A stretch of DNA of 64,000 nt from an uncultured cyanobacterium (GTDB taxonomy: Bacteria; Cyanobacteriota; Cyanobacteriia; PCC-6307; Cyanobiaceae), in NCBI GenBank assembly GCA_963765575.1, contig CAVXWZ010000001.1, positions 288,001 through 352,000 on the forward strand, written 5' to 3'. The notes beneath the pieces are model-generated. The model saw only the letters and a program-made list of their open reading frames with translations, had not been told where the DNA came from and did no database searches. Position 1 is the stretch's first letter. Every line of letters starts with the position of its first letter. The position numbers were made by a program, and so were the translations under genes. Shown here piece after piece: positions 41,499 through 52,677 of this stretch.

Positions 41499-44351
41499 AT
41501 GCGGCGGCAATTGCGGCGCCTTCCCTGGCTGGTGCTCGCGGCCGCCGTGATCCTGGTGCTGGCCGTGGCGCTGATGGCCGCTGCCCGCGGCTGGGTGGAG
41601 TGGCAGTGGTTTGGTCAGTTCGGCTGGGGGGCGGTGCAGCTGCGCCGCTGGCTGCTGCAGGCGGTGGGGCTGGTTCTGGGGCTGGCCCTGGCCGCTGGCC
41701 TGCAGATGTGGCTGGCCTGGCTGTGGCGCCGACCCGCCGCCGGCCCCGCGGATCCCACCCGCTTTGCCCTTGCCCCCGTCCCCTACCTGCTGGTGCTGCT
41801 GACGCTGGCGGCCGCCCAGGTGCTGTCACTGCTGCTGCTGCTGCGGCTGGCCCAGCGGCTGCTGCTGGATCCCTTTGACCCCCGCCGGCTGCATGGCCTG
41901 GTGGCCCTGGCGGAGCTGCCCTGGCTGCCCGTGCTGGTGGTGGCCGTACCGCTGCTGCTGGCGTTGCTGCGCTGGCCGCTGGTTGCACCGCGGCTGCTGG
42001 CGGGGCTGGCCGGCGGCGCCACCGCCGTGGCCCTGGCCCGGGGCTGGGGCGTCTGGAGCCTGGCCCTGCTCGCCCCCGACAGCGGCCTGCTCGAGCCCAT
42101 GCTCGGCGCCGATGTGAGTTTTGCCCTGTTGCGCTTCCCGGCCCTGGCCCTGGCGCTCACCCTGGCTGCCGGCCTGGGCGTCAACGTTGGGACGGCAGCC
42201 CTGTGGGGGCTGCTGGCGCGACCCCCGCAGCTCAGCGACGGCCGCTTCGGCGGCTTCAGTGCGGCCCAGCTGCGGGCCCTGCGGCAGCCCTGGGGTCTGG
42301 CCGCCCTGGCGCTGGCCGCGGGCTTCTGGCTCGGCCGCCACCAGCTGCTGCTCAGCACCCTGGGCAGCGTGCCCGGGGCTGGCTGGGCGGATGTGCATGT
42401 GTCGCTGCCGTTGCGCACCATCGCCGCCCTGCTGGCCCTGATCACCGGCGTGCTGCTGCTCTTGCCCCTGCCCCGGCGCGGCTGGCGCAGCCGCACCTTT
42501 CTGCTGAGTGGGGCGCTGCTGCTGCTGGTGCTGCTGCTGGAGGCCGTGCTGCTGCCCACCCTCCAGCTGCTGGTGGTGAACCCGCGCGAGCTGGAGCGCG
42601 AAACCCCCTACCTGGCCCGCTCGATCGATGCCACCCGGGCGGCCTTTCAGCTCGATCGCATCAACACCCGCAACGTCAACCCCAACGAACGCCTCACCCG
42701 TGCCGACCTGGAGAAGAGCCAGGCCACGATCCGCAACATCCGCCTGTGGGACAGCCAGCCGCTGCTGGTGACCAACCGCCAGCTGCAGCAGCTGCGGGTG
42801 TTCTATCGCTTCTCCGAGCCCACGGTCGATCGCTACGCCATCGCCTCCGGCACCGGCCCACCCCAGCAGCAGCAGGTGATCATCGCGGCCAGGGAAGTGG
42901 ACAGCTCCGGGCTGCAGGCGGCGGCCCGCACCTGGCTGAACCGCCACCTGGTGTTCACCCACGGCCAGGGATTCACCGTCACCCCGGTGAACACCAGCAC
43001 CCCCGATGGGCTGCCGGAGTTCTTCATCAGCGACCTGGGTGCCAACAGCCGCATCAGCGGCAGCCCCGACCTCGACATCAGCCGCGAGCAGGTGAAGGCG
43101 GCGTTCCCGGTGGGTGAACCCAGTCTCTATTTCGGCACCCTGCCCGGGTCCTATGCCCTGGCCCCCACCGAGGTGCGCGAATTCAATTTCCCTGAGGGCG
43201 ACGAGAATTTCTACACCCACTACAGCGGCGCTGCCGGGGTGCCCCTGCGCAGCACCGCCGCCCGTCTGGCGGCGGCCGCCTATCTGAGCGAGCCACGCTT
43301 GCTGGTGAACGGGGCCCTCACCGCCGACACCCGGCTGCTGCTGCGCCGGGAGGTGCGGGAGCGGGTGCGGCGGCTGGTGCCCTTCGTGGACTTCGAGGCC
43401 GAGCCCTACCTGGCGTCGGTGCGCCTGGGGGGCGAGGCCGGTCCCTTTCGCGCCGGGCAGCACCAGTTCTGGATCGTGGACGGCTTCACCACCAGCCGCA
43501 CCTATCCCTACAGCGCGCCGGTGCCGGGTCGGCCGGATGTGCGCTATCTGCGCAACTCGGTGAAGGCCGTGGTGGATGCCTATGAAGGCCAGGTGGCCCT
43601 CTATGTGACCGAACCGAATGACCCCCTGATCGCCGGCTGGCAGCGCCTGTTCCCGGAGCTGTTCCAGCCCCTGGAGGCGATGCCCCAGGCCCTCCAGGCC
43701 CACATCCGCTACCCGATCCCGCAGTTCGAGCTGCAGACCACCCAGCTGCTTCGCTACCACGTGACCGACCCGGCCGTCTTTTACAGCGGTGACGACGTCT
43801 GGCAGATCCCCAAGGAGATCTATGGCTCCGAGCTGGTGCCGATGGAGCCTTACCACATCAGCGGCCAGCTGGCGACGGATCAGCGGCCTGAATTCCTGCT
43901 GCTGCAGCCCCTCACCCCCCTGGCCCGGCCCAATCTGGTGGCCTGGCTGGCGGCCCGCAGCGACGCGCCCAACTACGGCAAGCTCGAGGTGCTGCGCTTC
44001 CCCAGCCAGACGCCAATCCTGGGGCCCGAGCAGATCACGGCCCTGATCAACCAGAACCCCAAGATCAGCCAGCAGTTTGGCCTCTGGAACCGCTCCGGCG
44101 CTGAGGTGATTCAGGGCAACCTGTTGGTGATGCCCGTGGGCCAAGCGCTGCTTTACGTGGAGCCGGTGTACCTCAAGGCCCGCCAGGGCGGCCTGCCCAC
44201 CCTGACGCGGGTGGTGGTCAGCGACGGCACCCGGATTGCCATGGAATCGACCCTGGCCAGGGCGATCGATGCCCTGCTGGATCCCCAGCGCTCGATTCCC
44301 GCCACCGAAGCCCTGGTGCCAGCCGACACCGCCACTCCGGCGCAGCCCTGA
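41499..44351 (+). CDS. UPF0182-family membrane protein
   Basis: Hydrophobic N-terminus, NIRLWD, LNRHLVFTHG, YLRNSVKAVVDAYEG, LYVEPVYL. Confidence 0.93.
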   Translation: MRRQLRRLPWLVLAAAVILVLAVALMAAARGWVEWQWFGQFGWGAVQLRRWLLQAVGLVLGLALAAGLQMWLAWLWRRPAAGPADPTRFALAPVPYLLVLLTLAAAQVLSLLLLLRLAQRLLLDPFDPRRLHGLVALAELPWLPVLVVAVPLLLALLRWPLVAPRLLAGLAGGATAVALARGWGVWSLALLAPDSGLLEPMLGADVSFALLRFPALALALTLAAGLGVNVGTAALWGLLARPPQLSDGRFGGFSAAQLRALRQPWGLAALALAAGFWLGRHQLLLSTLGSVPGAGWADVHVSLPLRTIAALLALITGVLLLLPLPRRGWRSRTFLLSGALLLLVLLLEAVLLPTLQLLVVNPRELERETPYLARSIDATRAAFQLDRINTRNVNPNERLTRADLEKSQATIRNIRLWDSQPLLVTNRQLQQLRVFYRFSEPTVDRYAIASGTGPPQQQQVIIAAREVDSSGLQAAARTWLNRHLVFTHGQGFTVTPVNTSTPDGLPEFFISDLGANSRISGSPDLDISREQVKAAFPVGEPSLYFGTLPGSYALAPTEVREFNFPEGDENFYTHYSGAAGVPLRSTAARLAAAAYLSEPRLLVNGALTADTRLLLRREVRERVRRLVPFVDFEAEPYLASVRLGGEAGPFRAGQHQFWIVDGFTTSRTYPYSAPVPGRPDVRYLRNSVKAVVDAYEGQVALYVTEPNDPLIAGWQRLFPELFQPLEAMPQALQAHIRYPIPQFELQTTQLLRYHVTDPAVFYSGDDVWQIPKEIYGSELVPMEPYHISGQLATDQRPEFLLLQPLTPLARPNLVAWLAARSDAPNYGKLEVLRFPSQTPILGPEQITALINQNPKISQQFGLWNRSGAEVIQGNLLVMPVGQALLYVEPVYLKARQGGLPTLTRVVVSDGTRIAMESTLARAIDALLDPQRSIPATEALVPADTATPAQP

Positions 44352-44402
44352 TCGCTGGCTGGCAAGCTACCAGCACCGCAAACGGGCAGCATCCAGGCCA
44401 TC

Positions 44403-44427
44403 AAAAAAGGAGGCCTTGATGGCCTCC
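44403..44427 (-). terminator. Rho-independent terminator after fba
   Basis: Minus strand GGAGGCC-ATCAA-GGCCTCC-TTTTTT. Confidence 0.8.
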
Positions 44428-44452
44428 CTGAGTGCTGTGAAGCCGGTGCCGA

Positions 44453-45526
44453 TCAGGCGGCAACGGCGGCCTTGGGATCGAGCTGGCCCTTGGCGTAGAG
44501 CCCGGCATAGAAGTTGATCGTCTGCTGCTTGATCTTGCTGGCGTTGCCGGCGCACCAGAACTGCTGGTAGCGATCCAGGCACACCTTCTTCATGTAGGCC
44601 CGGGCGGGCTTGTTGAAGTGGCGGGGATCGAAGTTGGCGGGGTCCTTGGTTGCCGCTTCCCGCACGGCCGCGGTGAAGGCCAGGCGGTTGTCGGTGTCGA
44701 TGTTGACCTTGCGCACGCCGTTGCGGATGCCTTCCTGGATCTCCTCCACGGGCACGCCGTAGGTCTCGGGGATGGCGCCGCCGTTCTGGTTGATCATGTC
44801 CAGCCACTCCTGGGGAACCGAGGAGGAGCCGTGCATCACCAGGTGGGTGTTGGGCAGGGCCTTGTGGATCTCGGCGATGCGGCTGATGGCCAGCACTTCA
44901 CCGGTGGGTTTGCGGGTGAACTTGTAGGCGCCGTGGCTGGTGCCGATGGCGATGGCCAGGGCGTCAACCTTGGTTTTGGCGACGAAGTCGGCGGCCTCGG
45001 CGGGATCGGTGAGCAGCATGTCGCGGGAGAGCTCACCGTCGAAACCGTGGCCGTCCTCAGCTTCGCCTTTGCCGGTTTCCAGGGAGCCCAGGCAGCCCAG
45101 CTCACCCTCGACGCTCACACCCACGCTGTGGGCGACGTCGACCACTTCTTTGGTGACGGCGACGTTGTAGTCGTAGCTGGCGGGGGTCTTGGCGTCGGCC
45201 TCGAGGGAGCCGTCCATCATCACCGAGGTGAAGCCGTTGGTGATCGCCGAGTAGCAGGTGGCCGGGCTGTTGCCATGGTCCTGGTGCATCACCACGGGGA
45301 TGTGGGGATAGGTCTCGGTGGCGGCGATGATCAGGTGGCGCAGGAAGATCTCCCCGGCATAGCTGCGCGCACCGCGGGAGGCCTGCAGGATCACCGGAGA
45401 ATCGGTTTCGTTGGCCGCCTCCATGATCGACTGCACCTGCTCCAGGTTGTTGACGTTGAAGGCAGGGATGCCATAGCCGTTTTCGGCGGCGTGATCCAGC
45501 AGCAGCCGAAGTGGAACGAGCGCCAT
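44453..45526 (-). CDS. fba: Class II fructose-bisphosphate aldolase
   Basis: [38 protein letters not shown]. Confidence 0.97.
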   Translation of the reverse strand: MALVPLRLLLDHAAENGYGIPAFNVNNLEQVQSIMEAANETDSPVILQASRGARSYAGEIFLRHLIIAATETYPHIPVVMHQDHGNSPATCYSAITNGFTSVMMDGSLEADAKTPASYDYNVAVTKEVVDVAHSVGVSVEGELGCLGSLETGKGEAEDGHGFDGELSRDMLLTDPAEAADFVAKTKVDALAIAIGTSHGAYKFTRKPTGEVLAISRIAEIHKALPNTHLVMHGSSSVPQEWLDMINQNGGAIPETYGVPVEEIQEGIRNGVRKVNIDTDNRLAFTAAVREAATKDPANFDPRHFNKPARAYMKKVCLDRYQQFWCAGNASKIKQQTINFYAGLYAKGQLDPKAAVAA

Positions 45527-45613
45527 GGGAAACCTCTCTAATCTCAAATGGGAGTCGGGCGGAGTCTAGGTGATGCCAATCGCCACGATCTGCCTGCCCC
45601 GTCACCGATCCGC

Positions 45614-46696
45614 TCAGGCCCGCGCCCGGTCGCAGCAGCGCTGACTGGCCACCCCTTCGCTGAGCCCAGGCAGCATCGGCCGTCCCTGGCGCACGGCCGC
45701 GCTCCACCAGCCGTGCAGGCGTTCCACCGGCGCGATGCGGCCGTCCTCCCAGGTGCGGGCAAAGGTCCAGCGGGGATCGGGCTCCACCCGCCGCAGTGGC
45801 TCCCCGCCCTGGGACAGCCAGAGGTTGAACCCATGCACGTAGTCGCTCTGGTTGTCGGAGCCCAGCACGGCGCTGCCGTCGCGGCCGTAGACCTCCAGCC
45901 AGCAGCCCCGGCCCCGGCGCGTCACCGAGGCGAGGTTGAGCTGGGCGGGCACGGGTCGCCCGCTGGCGGCCTCAAGGCGCAGCTGCACCAGGGCGATGTC
46001 CTCCGCGTCCACGGCGGCCATGCGGCCGCTGCCATCGGCCAGGGGCCGCTCGCCGATGGTGGTGCTGAGCTGGGCCTGCAGCTCCTGGGTGGGGCCCACC
46101 AGCCAGTGCAGCAGGTCGAAGGCGTGGGTGCCGAGGGCACCGAGCACGCCGCCGCCGGCGGCGGCCTGGGAATACCAGCTCCAGGGCCGGGAGGCGTCGG
46201 CGCGGCTACCCATCAGCCAGTCGAGCTTCACCAGCACCAGCTCCCCCAGTTCGCCGCTGGCCAGCAGCGCCTGCAGTTGCTGGAACAGGGGCACGGCCCG
46301 GTATTCGAAATCCACCGCCACGCTGAGCCCCCGGGCCATCGCCAGCCGCTGCAGTTCCTCGGCCTGGGCGGCGTTGAGGGCCACCGGTTTCTCCAGCATC
46401 AGGTGCTTGCCAGCCTCAAGGGCACGGCGGGCCAGCTCGTAGCGGGGCTCGGGTGGGGTGGCGATCACCACCGCCTCCACCGCCGGGTCGCCCAGCAGGG
46501 CATCGAAGTCGCTGTGGCCGGCCAGCTCGGCCTGGCGGCAGGCGGCCTCCAGGCGCTCGGGGCGTGGATGCCACAGGGCCACGGGGGTGGTGCCGGCGCA
46601 GGCCCGCAGGGCCGGCAGGTGCACCGTCTCCCCGAAACCCAGGCCGGCGATCGCCACCTGCAGGGGCCGGGCCGGGAGCGCGGTGGTGCTGGACAT
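45614..46696 (-). CDS. Gfo/Idh/MocA-family oxidoreductase
   Basis: IAGLGFG, IATPP, MLEKP, GALGTHAFD. Confidence 0.9.
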   Translation of the reverse strand: MSSTTALPARPLQVAIAGLGFGETVHLPALRACAGTTPVALWHPRPERLEAACRQAELAGHSDFDALLGDPAVEAVVIATPPEPRYELARRALEAGKHLMLEKPVALNAAQAEELQRLAMARGLSVAVDFEYRAVPLFQQLQALLASGELGELVLVKLDWLMGSRADASRPWSWYSQAAAGGGVLGALGTHAFDLLHWLVGPTQELQAQLSTTIGERPLADGSGRMAAVDAEDIALVQLRLEAASGRPVPAQLNLASVTRRGRGCWLEVYGRDGSAVLGSDNQSDYVHGFNLWLSQGGEPLRRVEPDPRWTFARTWEDGRIAPVERLHGWWSAAVRQGRPMLPGLSEGVASQRCCDRARA

Positions 46697-46713
46697 GGGC
46701 CGATCGGCGGGGT

Positions 46714-47265
46714 TCAGCCAGCCTGCAGCAGGGGCGCCGCCGCTTCACAGCTCTCCTGGATCAGGGCCATCAGCAGCTCGTCGCCGTCGGCGGGCTGCCA
46801 GTCGGCCCGGAAGCGGGGCAGGCCGTTCACCGACGTGTCGCGGTAGAGGTTCTGGCCACAGTCGATCTCCATCACGTAGAGGTCGCTCAGCGGCGGCCGC
46901 CCGCCCTCGTCGCTGGCGGCGGGCTGGAAGCGGCTGAGCACGGAGAGGTTGCCGCCGCGGCTGAGGCGCAGGCTGCCCGCATCCCACCACTGGCGGCCGG
47001 CGTCGCTGGCCGGGAGCTCGTGCCAGTCGACCGAGGCCGCCAGACCGGCCGGCACGCCAGGCGGGATGGTGCCGCTCAGGACGCCGGGGTGGATCGGGCC
47101 CAGCAGCACCGCCGCCGACAGCAGCACGCCCGCCAGCCAGGTGAGGGGACGGAGGCGCTGCGGTTGCCGCTGCGGTTGGCGGTGCGGGGCTGGGGGCATC
47201 GAAGCGGCTGGTGCTGGCGCCATTGTGGCCGGGCGCTCAGGCCGCCACCTGCTCCCGGTAGCCAT
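46714..47265 (-). CDS. Exported hypothetical protein
   Basis: Signal/TM segment followed by [17 protein letters not shown]. Start uncertain, probably later. Confidence 0.75.
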   Translation of the reverse strand: MATGSRWRPERPATMAPAPAASMPPAPHRQPQRQPQRLRPLTWLAGVLLSAAVLLGPIHPGVLSGTIPPGVPAGLAASVDWHELPASDAGRQWWDAGSLRLSRGGNLSVLSRFQPAASDEGGRPPLSDLYVMEIDCGQNLYRDTSVNGLPRFRADWQPADGDELLMALIQESCEAAAPLLQAG

Positions 47266-48112
47266 GGATGCGTAGCAGGCTGGCCAGGGTGGCGGTCAGC
47301 TTGGTGCGATTCACGATGGCGTCCACAAAACCGTGGTCGCGCAGGTACTCGGCGGTCTGGAAGCCCTCCGGCAGCTTTTCGCGCAGGGTCTGTTCGATCA
47401 CCCGGCGGCCGGCGAAGCCGATCAGGGCTTTCGGTTCCGCCAGGATCAGGTCGCCGAGCATGGCGAAGCTGGCCGTGACGCCGCCGGTGGTGGGGTGGGT
47501 GAGCAGGGGGATGTAGAGCAGCTCGGCCTGCCGGTGACGCTGCAGCGCGCCGGAGATCTTGGCCATCTGCATCAGGCTCAGCATCCCCTCCTGCATGCGG
47601 GCACCACCGGAGGCGCAGACGATCAGCAGCGGCAGGCGCCGGGTGGTGGCCGCCTCGATCAGGCGCGTGAGCTTCTCGCCCACCACCGAACCCATCGAGC
47701 CACCCATGAAGCGGAAATCCATCACCCCCAGGGCGAGGGGCACGCCGCGGCTGCGGCAGAGGCCGGTGACCACCGCATCGCGCAGCCCGGTGCTCTGCTG
47801 GCTGTCGCGGATGCGGTCGGCGTAGCTGCGCCGGTCCTTGAAGGCCAGGGGGTCGGTGGGGGCCAGGTCGCTGTCGAGGGCCTCGAAGCTGCCGGGGTCG
47901 GCGATCAGGCGGATGCGCTCGTCGCTGCTGATGCGGTGGTGGTAGCCGCAGCCTTTGCAGACACTGGCATTGGCCACCAGGTCCTTGCGGTACACCACCA
48001 GGCCGCAGTCGGGGCACTTGCTCCACAGCCCGCCACCCTCCTCCGGTTCCTGGGGATTGCGGACGGTGGGGGCGTTTTTGCGGCGGTCGGCGAACCAGTC
48101 GAACAGCGACAT
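47237..48112 (-). CDS. accD: Acetyl-CoA carboxylase carboxyltransferase beta subunit
   Basis: WSKCPDC...[26 protein letters not shown]. Confidence 0.97.
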   Translation of the reverse strand: MSLFDWFADRRKNAPTVRNPQEPEEGGGLWSKCPDCGLVVYRKDLVANASVCKGCGYHHRISSDERIRLIADPGSFEALDSDLAPTDPLAFKDRRSYADRIRDSQQSTGLRDAVVTGLCRSRGVPLALGVMDFRFMGGSMGSVVGEKLTRLIEAATTRRLPLLIVCASGGARMQEGMLSLMQMAKISGALQRHRQAELLYIPLLTHPTTGGVTASFAMLGDLILAEPKALIGFAGRRVIEQTLREKLPEGFQTAEYLRDHGFVDAIVNRTKLTATLASLLRIHGYREQVAA

Positions 48113-48225
48113 GGGGAAGGCGCCGCAGGGCGCCGCTCACGGAATGGCTCCATTAAACGAGCCACCGGACACGCGGCAGCGGCCTCGGGTCACCGCTGGG
48201 GTCATCGCTGGGGGCGGGGCTGCGC

Positions 48226-49071
48226 TCAGACGGGCGGCAGCAGCCAGCCCAGCCGTTGCAGCCAGAAGCCGCTGCCCAGCAGCCACACGGCGGCGCCGCC
48301 GGCGGCCAGGAAGGGACCGAAGGGGAAGGCCTGGTGCCGGCCCAGCCGGCCGCTGATGCGCCCCAGCACGCCCAGCAGCGCTGCGCTGACCACCGCCAGG
48401 ATGACGCTGAGCCCCAGGCCGCTGAGGCCCAGCCAGGCCCCCAGCAGGGCGGCGAGTTTGGCGTCCCCGAGGCCGAGGGCCGGCTTGCCCAGCAGCCGTT
48501 CGCCGAGGGCGCTCACCGTTTCGAAGCCCACCAGGGCCACCCCGGCGGCCACCAGGTGGTGGAACAGCAGCTCCCGGCCCTGGCTGGCGCTCTGCAGCCA
48601 GCCCAGCAGCGCCGAGCAACCCAGGCCGAGCAGCAGGCCGATGCGGCAGAGGGGTTCCGGCAGCCAGAGGTGATCGAGGTCGATGAGGCTGAGCGGGATC
48701 AGCCAGCTGAGCAGCAGCCAGCCGGCCAGCAGCAGCAGCAGCGGTTGGGGCTGCGGTCCCATGGTCCCGGGTCGGGCGGCCAGGGCCGCCACCCACAGCC
48801 CCGCCGTGAGCAGCTCCACCAGGGGATAGCGCAGGCCGATGCCGGCGCCGCAGTGCCGGCATCGGCCCCGCAGCGCCAGCCAGCCCAGCAGCGGCAGGTT
48901 CTCGAACCAGGCCAGGGGGGTGCCGCAGCGGGGGCAGTGGCTGCCGGGCCAGAGCAGGGACTCCCCCCGGGGCAGCCGCCAGGCCACGACGTTGAGGAAG
49001 CTGCCGACGCAGGCGCCGAGCAGGGCCGCCAGCAGTGGCAGGGCGGGGATGGCGGTGGGGGTGCTGACCAC
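48226..49071 (-). CDS. pilD: Type IV prepilin peptidase
   Basis: GSFLNVV, SHCPRC, GRCRHC, IDLD, GLGDAKL, PFGPFL. Confidence 0.94.
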   Translation of the reverse strand: MVSTPTAIPALPLLAALLGACVGSFLNVVAWRLPRGESLLWPGSHCPRCGTPLAWFENLPLLGWLALRGRCRHCGAGIGLRYPLVELLTAGLWVAALAARPGTMGPQPQPLLLLLAGWLLLSWLIPLSLIDLDHLWLPEPLCRIGLLLGLGCSALLGWLQSASQGRELLFHHLVAAGVALVGFETVSALGERLLGKPALGLGDAKLAALLGAWLGLSGLGLSVILAVVSAALLGVLGRISGRLGRHQAFPFGPFLAAGGAAVWLLGSGFWLQRLGWLLPPV

Positions 49072-49077
49072 AGGGCC

Positions 49078-49323
49078 TCAGCGGCTGCGCGGCATGCGCA
49101 GGCGATTGGCCGGCTTGGCCGCCGCTCGGCCCTGCAGCAGCTCGATGGGGATGAACTGTTCGTGGGGCAGCAACACCGGCTGCTCAAACACCACCCGGCC
49201 CCGGGCCCCGAGCAGCACCACGCCGCAGGGCTCGGGACCGGCGGGACAACCTTCCTGATAGCGGAACATCACCCGGCGGGCCTGCTGGAACACCTGGCGG
49301 CTGTCGATGCGGTCGAGACGCAA
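49078..49323 (-). CDS. Small hypothetical protein
   Basis: GRVVFEQPVLLPHEQFIP; co-oriented between prk and pilD. Confidence 0.7.
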   Translation of the reverse strand: MRLDRIDSRQVFQQARRVMFRYQEGCPAGPEPCGVVLLGARGRVVFEQPVLLPHEQFIPIELLQGRAAAKPANRLRMPRSR

Positions 49324-49474
49324 TGCGCCAACGGTTGCCGATGTGGCCCCCGGGATTGCAAAGGAGGGTGGCGTGACGCCGTGGCTGGCAGGGCTCTGGG
49401 GAGGGGTGTTGGTGATGGCCTCACCGACTCCGGTTCGTTGCCCAGATTAGGCCCTCAGCCACGGATGGCCCCGC

Positions 49475-50377
49475 TCAGAGCAGTTTGTCGCGCTCTTCGA
49501 TCATGCGGTGAATGATCGGCGTGAGAATCAGCTCCATCGCAAAGCTCATCTTGCCCCCATTCACCACGATGGAGGTGGGGCTGGACATGAAGGAGTCGTG
49601 GATCATGTCGAGCAGGTAGGGAAAATCGATCCCCCACTTCTCGCGAGCCCCCTTGCGGAAGTGGATGATCACGAACGACTCGTCCGCGGTGGGGATGCTG
49701 CGGATCTGGAAGGGGTTGGAGGTGTCCACGGTGGGCACCCGCTGAAAGTTGATATCGGTGCGGCTGAACTGGGGGCAGATGTGGTTGATGTAGTCGGGCA
49801 TGCGGCGCAGGATCGTGTCCACGACCGCTGCGGCCGAGTAGCCGCGCTCGGCGTTGTCGCGGGAGATCTTCTGGATCCACTCCAGGTTGGTGATCGGCAC
49901 GACCCCCACCAGCAGGTCCACCACCGAGGCCACGTCATAGCCCTCACCCACCACGCCGCCGTGCAGACCCTCGTAGAAGAGCAGGTCGGTGCTGGAGGGG
50001 ATCGGCTCCCAGGGCGTGAACTGACCGGCGTCCAGGCTGGTGCCCAGGCGGCCGTTGTGCTCGTCGGCCTCCTCAGGGGAGTGCAGGTAGTAGCGCTTCT
50101 CGCCAGCGCCGCTCTCGCCGTAGCTGCGGAACAGCTCCTCGAGCTTGCTGAAGAGGTTGGCCTCGGGGCCGAAGTGGGAGAAGTTCTCCCCCCGGGCGAT
50201 GGCGGCCGCCATCGCCTCCTTCATCGGCGCACGCTCGTAGCGGTGATAGCTGTCACCCTCCACCACGGCCGGCGTGATGCCCTCGCGGGTGAAGATGTAT
50301 TCGAAAGCGCGCTTGACGGTGGTGGTTCCCGCGCCAGAGGAACCGGTGACTGCCACAACCGGGTGACGCTTCGACAT
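49475..50377 (-). CDS. prk: Phosphoribulokinase (proteobacterial type)
   Basis: MSKRHPVVAVTGSSGAGTT, EGDSYHRY, YEGLHG, INFQRVPTVDTSNPF. Confidence 0.96.
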   Translation of the reverse strand: MSKRHPVVAVTGSSGAGTTTVKRAFEYIFTREGITPAVVEGDSYHRYERAPMKEAMAAAIARGENFSHFGPEANLFSKLEELFRSYGESGAGEKRYYLHSPEEADEHNGRLGTSLDAGQFTPWEPIPSSTDLLFYEGLHGGVVGEGYDVASVVDLLVGVVPITNLEWIQKISRDNAERGYSAAAVVDTILRRMPDYINHICPQFSRTDINFQRVPTVDTSNPFQIRSIPTADESFVIIHFRKGAREKWGIDFPYLLDMIHDSFMSSPTSIVVNGGKMSFAMELILTPIIHRMIEERDKLL

Positions 50378-50424
50378 GGCGCAGGAGAACGGAGACCGTG
50401 GCCGAGTTTGGCAGGTCGCCGGCC

Positions 50425-51510
50425 TCAGCCCTCCAGGGCGCGCAGCACCTGGTCGCCCATGGCCTGACAGCCCACCAGGGTGCAGCCCTCGGCCATCAGG
50501 TCGCCGGTGCGGTAGCCCGCCTGCAGCACCCGATCCACCGCGGCTTCGAGATCGGCGGCAGCCGCCTCCTGGGCCAGGCCGATGCGCAGCAGCATGGCGG
50601 CGCTGAGCACCATCGCCAGCGGGTTGGCCCGGTCCTGGCCGGCGATGTCCGGCGCCGAGCCGTGGATCGGCTCGAACAGCCCCGGGCCGGCGCTGCCCAG
50701 GGAGGCCGAGGGCAGCATGCCGATGGAGCCGGTGAGCATGGCGGCCTCATCGCTGAGGATGTCGCCGAAGAGGTTGCCGGTGAGCAGCACGTCGAACTGG
50801 CGCGGAGCCCGCACCAGCTGCATGGCGGCGTTGTCGACGTAGAGGTGGCTGAGCTCCACATCGCCGTACTCGGCGGCGTACAGGGCCTCCACCCGCTCGC
50901 GCCAGAGCTGGCTCACATCGAGCACGTTGGCCTTGTCGACACTGCACAGCCGGCCCTTGCGCTGGCGGGCCAGATCGAAGCCCACCCGGGCGATGCGGTC
51001 GATCTCCGAGGCGCTGTAGGCCATGGTGTTGAAGGCCCGCTCCTCGCCTGCCGCCTGCACCCGCCCCTTGGGGGTGCCGAAGTAGATGCCGCCGGTGAGC
51101 TCGCGCACCACCATCAGATCCACGCCCTCGATCACCTCCGGGCGCAGGCTGGAGGCCTCCAGGAGGGCGGGGATCGCCTTCACCGGCCGCAGGTTGGCGA
51201 ACAGGCCCAGGCCGCCGCGCAGCCCCAGCAGGCCGGTTTCGGGCCGCTGCGCGCGCGGCACGCTGTCGTAGCGGGGCGAGCCGATCGCCGCCAGCAGCAC
51301 GGCGTCGCTGGCGCGGCAGGCCTCCAGGGTGGCGGCGGGCAGGGGTTCGCCACAGGCCTCGATGCCGGCACCACCGATCGGCTGTTCGTCGTAGGCCAGC
51401 TCCAGCTGGTGGCGGCGGCTCACCGCATCGAGCAGCTGGCGGGCCACCGCCATGATCTCCGGACCGATGCCGTCGCCGGGGAGCAGGGTGATCCGGTGGC
51501 GGCTGGTCAT
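50425..51510 (-). CDS. leuB: 3-isopropylmalate dehydrogenase
   Basis: [40 protein letters not shown]. Confidence 0.97.
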   Translation of the reverse strand: MTSRHRITLLPGDGIGPEIMAVARQLLDAVSRRHQLELAYDEQPIGGAGIEACGEPLPAATLEACRASDAVLLAAIGSPRYDSVPRAQRPETGLLGLRGGLGLFANLRPVKAIPALLEASSLRPEVIEGVDLMVVRELTGGIYFGTPKGRVQAAGEERAFNTMAYSASEIDRIARVGFDLARQRKGRLCSVDKANVLDVSQLWRERVEALYAAEYGDVELSHLYVDNAAMQLVRAPRQFDVLLTGNLFGDILSDEAAMLTGSIGMLPSASLGSAGPGLFEPIHGSAPDIAGQDRANPLAMVLSAAMLLRIGLAQEAAAADLEAAVDRVLQAGYRTGDLMAEGCTLVGCQAMGDQVLRALEG

Positions 51511-51548
51511 GGTGGCGACGAGGAGAGCGGCGGGAGCAGGCGCGGAGG

Positions 51549-52637
51549 CTAGGGCGCGGAGCGATCGGGGCCGGGCTGCTGCTGGCTGCGTTTCTCCAGG
51601 TGGCGCAGCGCCCGGGCCAGCTCGGGGAGTTTGTTGAAGGCCGCCGAGCAGCGCAGCCAGAGGCGGTTGGGGATCGCCGGATAGCCGCTCACCACCTCGC
51701 CTGCCGCCACCTCCCCGTGCACCCCCGACTTGGAGCTGGCGATGGCCCGATCGCCCATCACCGCCTTGTTGGCCAGGCCCACCTGGCCCGCCAGGATGAC
51801 GCCATGGCCGAGGCGGGCGCCGCCGGCGATGCCCACCTGGGCGGCGAGGGCACAGCCCCGGCCGGTGCTGACCCCGTGGCCGATGTGGACCAGGTTGTCG
51901 ATCTTGGTGCCGGCGCCGATGCGCGTTTCGCCCACCGCCGGCCGGTCGATGGTGCTGCCGGAGCCCACCTCCACCGCCTCCTCCAGCACCACCCGGCCGG
52001 TCTGGGGCATCTTGCGCCAGCCCGTGGCGGTGGGCACGAAGCCGAAGCCCTCACCCCCGATCACGGCGTTGGCCTGGAGCACGCAGCCCCGCCCCAGCCG
52101 GCTGCCGGGGTGCACGACGCTGCCGGCGTGCAGCTCACAGCCCTCGCCCAGCTCCACATCCGCGTAGAGCACCACATGGGGGTGCAGGGTGCAGCCGGCG
52201 CCGATGCGCACGCCCTCGGCGATGCACACCTGGGCACCGATGTGGCTGCCCATCCCCACCACCGCCGTGGGATCGACCACGGCGCTGGGGTGGATGCCGG
52301 GCGGCAGCAGCGGTTTGGGGTGCAGGGCCTCGAGGGCCTCAGCGAATCCCAGGCGCGGATCGGCCAGTGCCACCCAGGCGATGCCGCGGGCGCTGAGCCG
52401 CTGGCCCAGGTCGGCCGTGCCATCACCGGCGGGCAGCAGCACGGCGCTGGCGCCGGTGGCGGCGATGGCCGCCGCCAGGCCGCTGCCGGCTTCCAGGAAG
52501 CTGAGCTGGCCGCTGCAGGCCTCGGCCAGGGCGCCGCCGCCGCGGAGCTCCGGATCGCCGGCCAGGTCGCGGATCGGGCCGCCGTCAGGCGGGGAGTGGA
52601 GCTCGCTGAGATGGCCGAGCAGTTGGCTGAAGCGCAT
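51549..52637 (-). CDS. lpxD: UDP-3-O-acylglucosamine N-acyltransferase
   Basis: Hexapeptide repeats, [23 protein letters not shown]. Confidence 0.95.
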   Translation of the reverse strand: MRFSQLLGHLSELHSPPDGGPIRDLAGDPELRGGGALAEACSGQLSFLEAGSGLAAAIAATGASAVLLPAGDGTADLGQRLSARGIAWVALADPRLGFAEALEALHPKPLLPPGIHPSAVVDPTAVVGMGSHIGAQVCIAEGVRIGAGCTLHPHVVLYADVELGEGCELHAGSVVHPGSRLGRGCVLQANAVIGGEGFGFVPTATGWRKMPQTGRVVLEEAVEVGSGSTIDRPAVGETRIGAGTKIDNLVHIGHGVSTGRGCALAAQVGIAGGARLGHGVILAGQVGLANKAVMGDRAIASSKSGVHGEVAAGEVVSGYPAIPNRLWLRCSAAFNKLPELARALRHLEKRSQQQPGPDRSAP

Positions 52638-52677
52638 GCCCCACGGGCTTCCGGCTGGGCGGATCGTAGGCAGGGCC

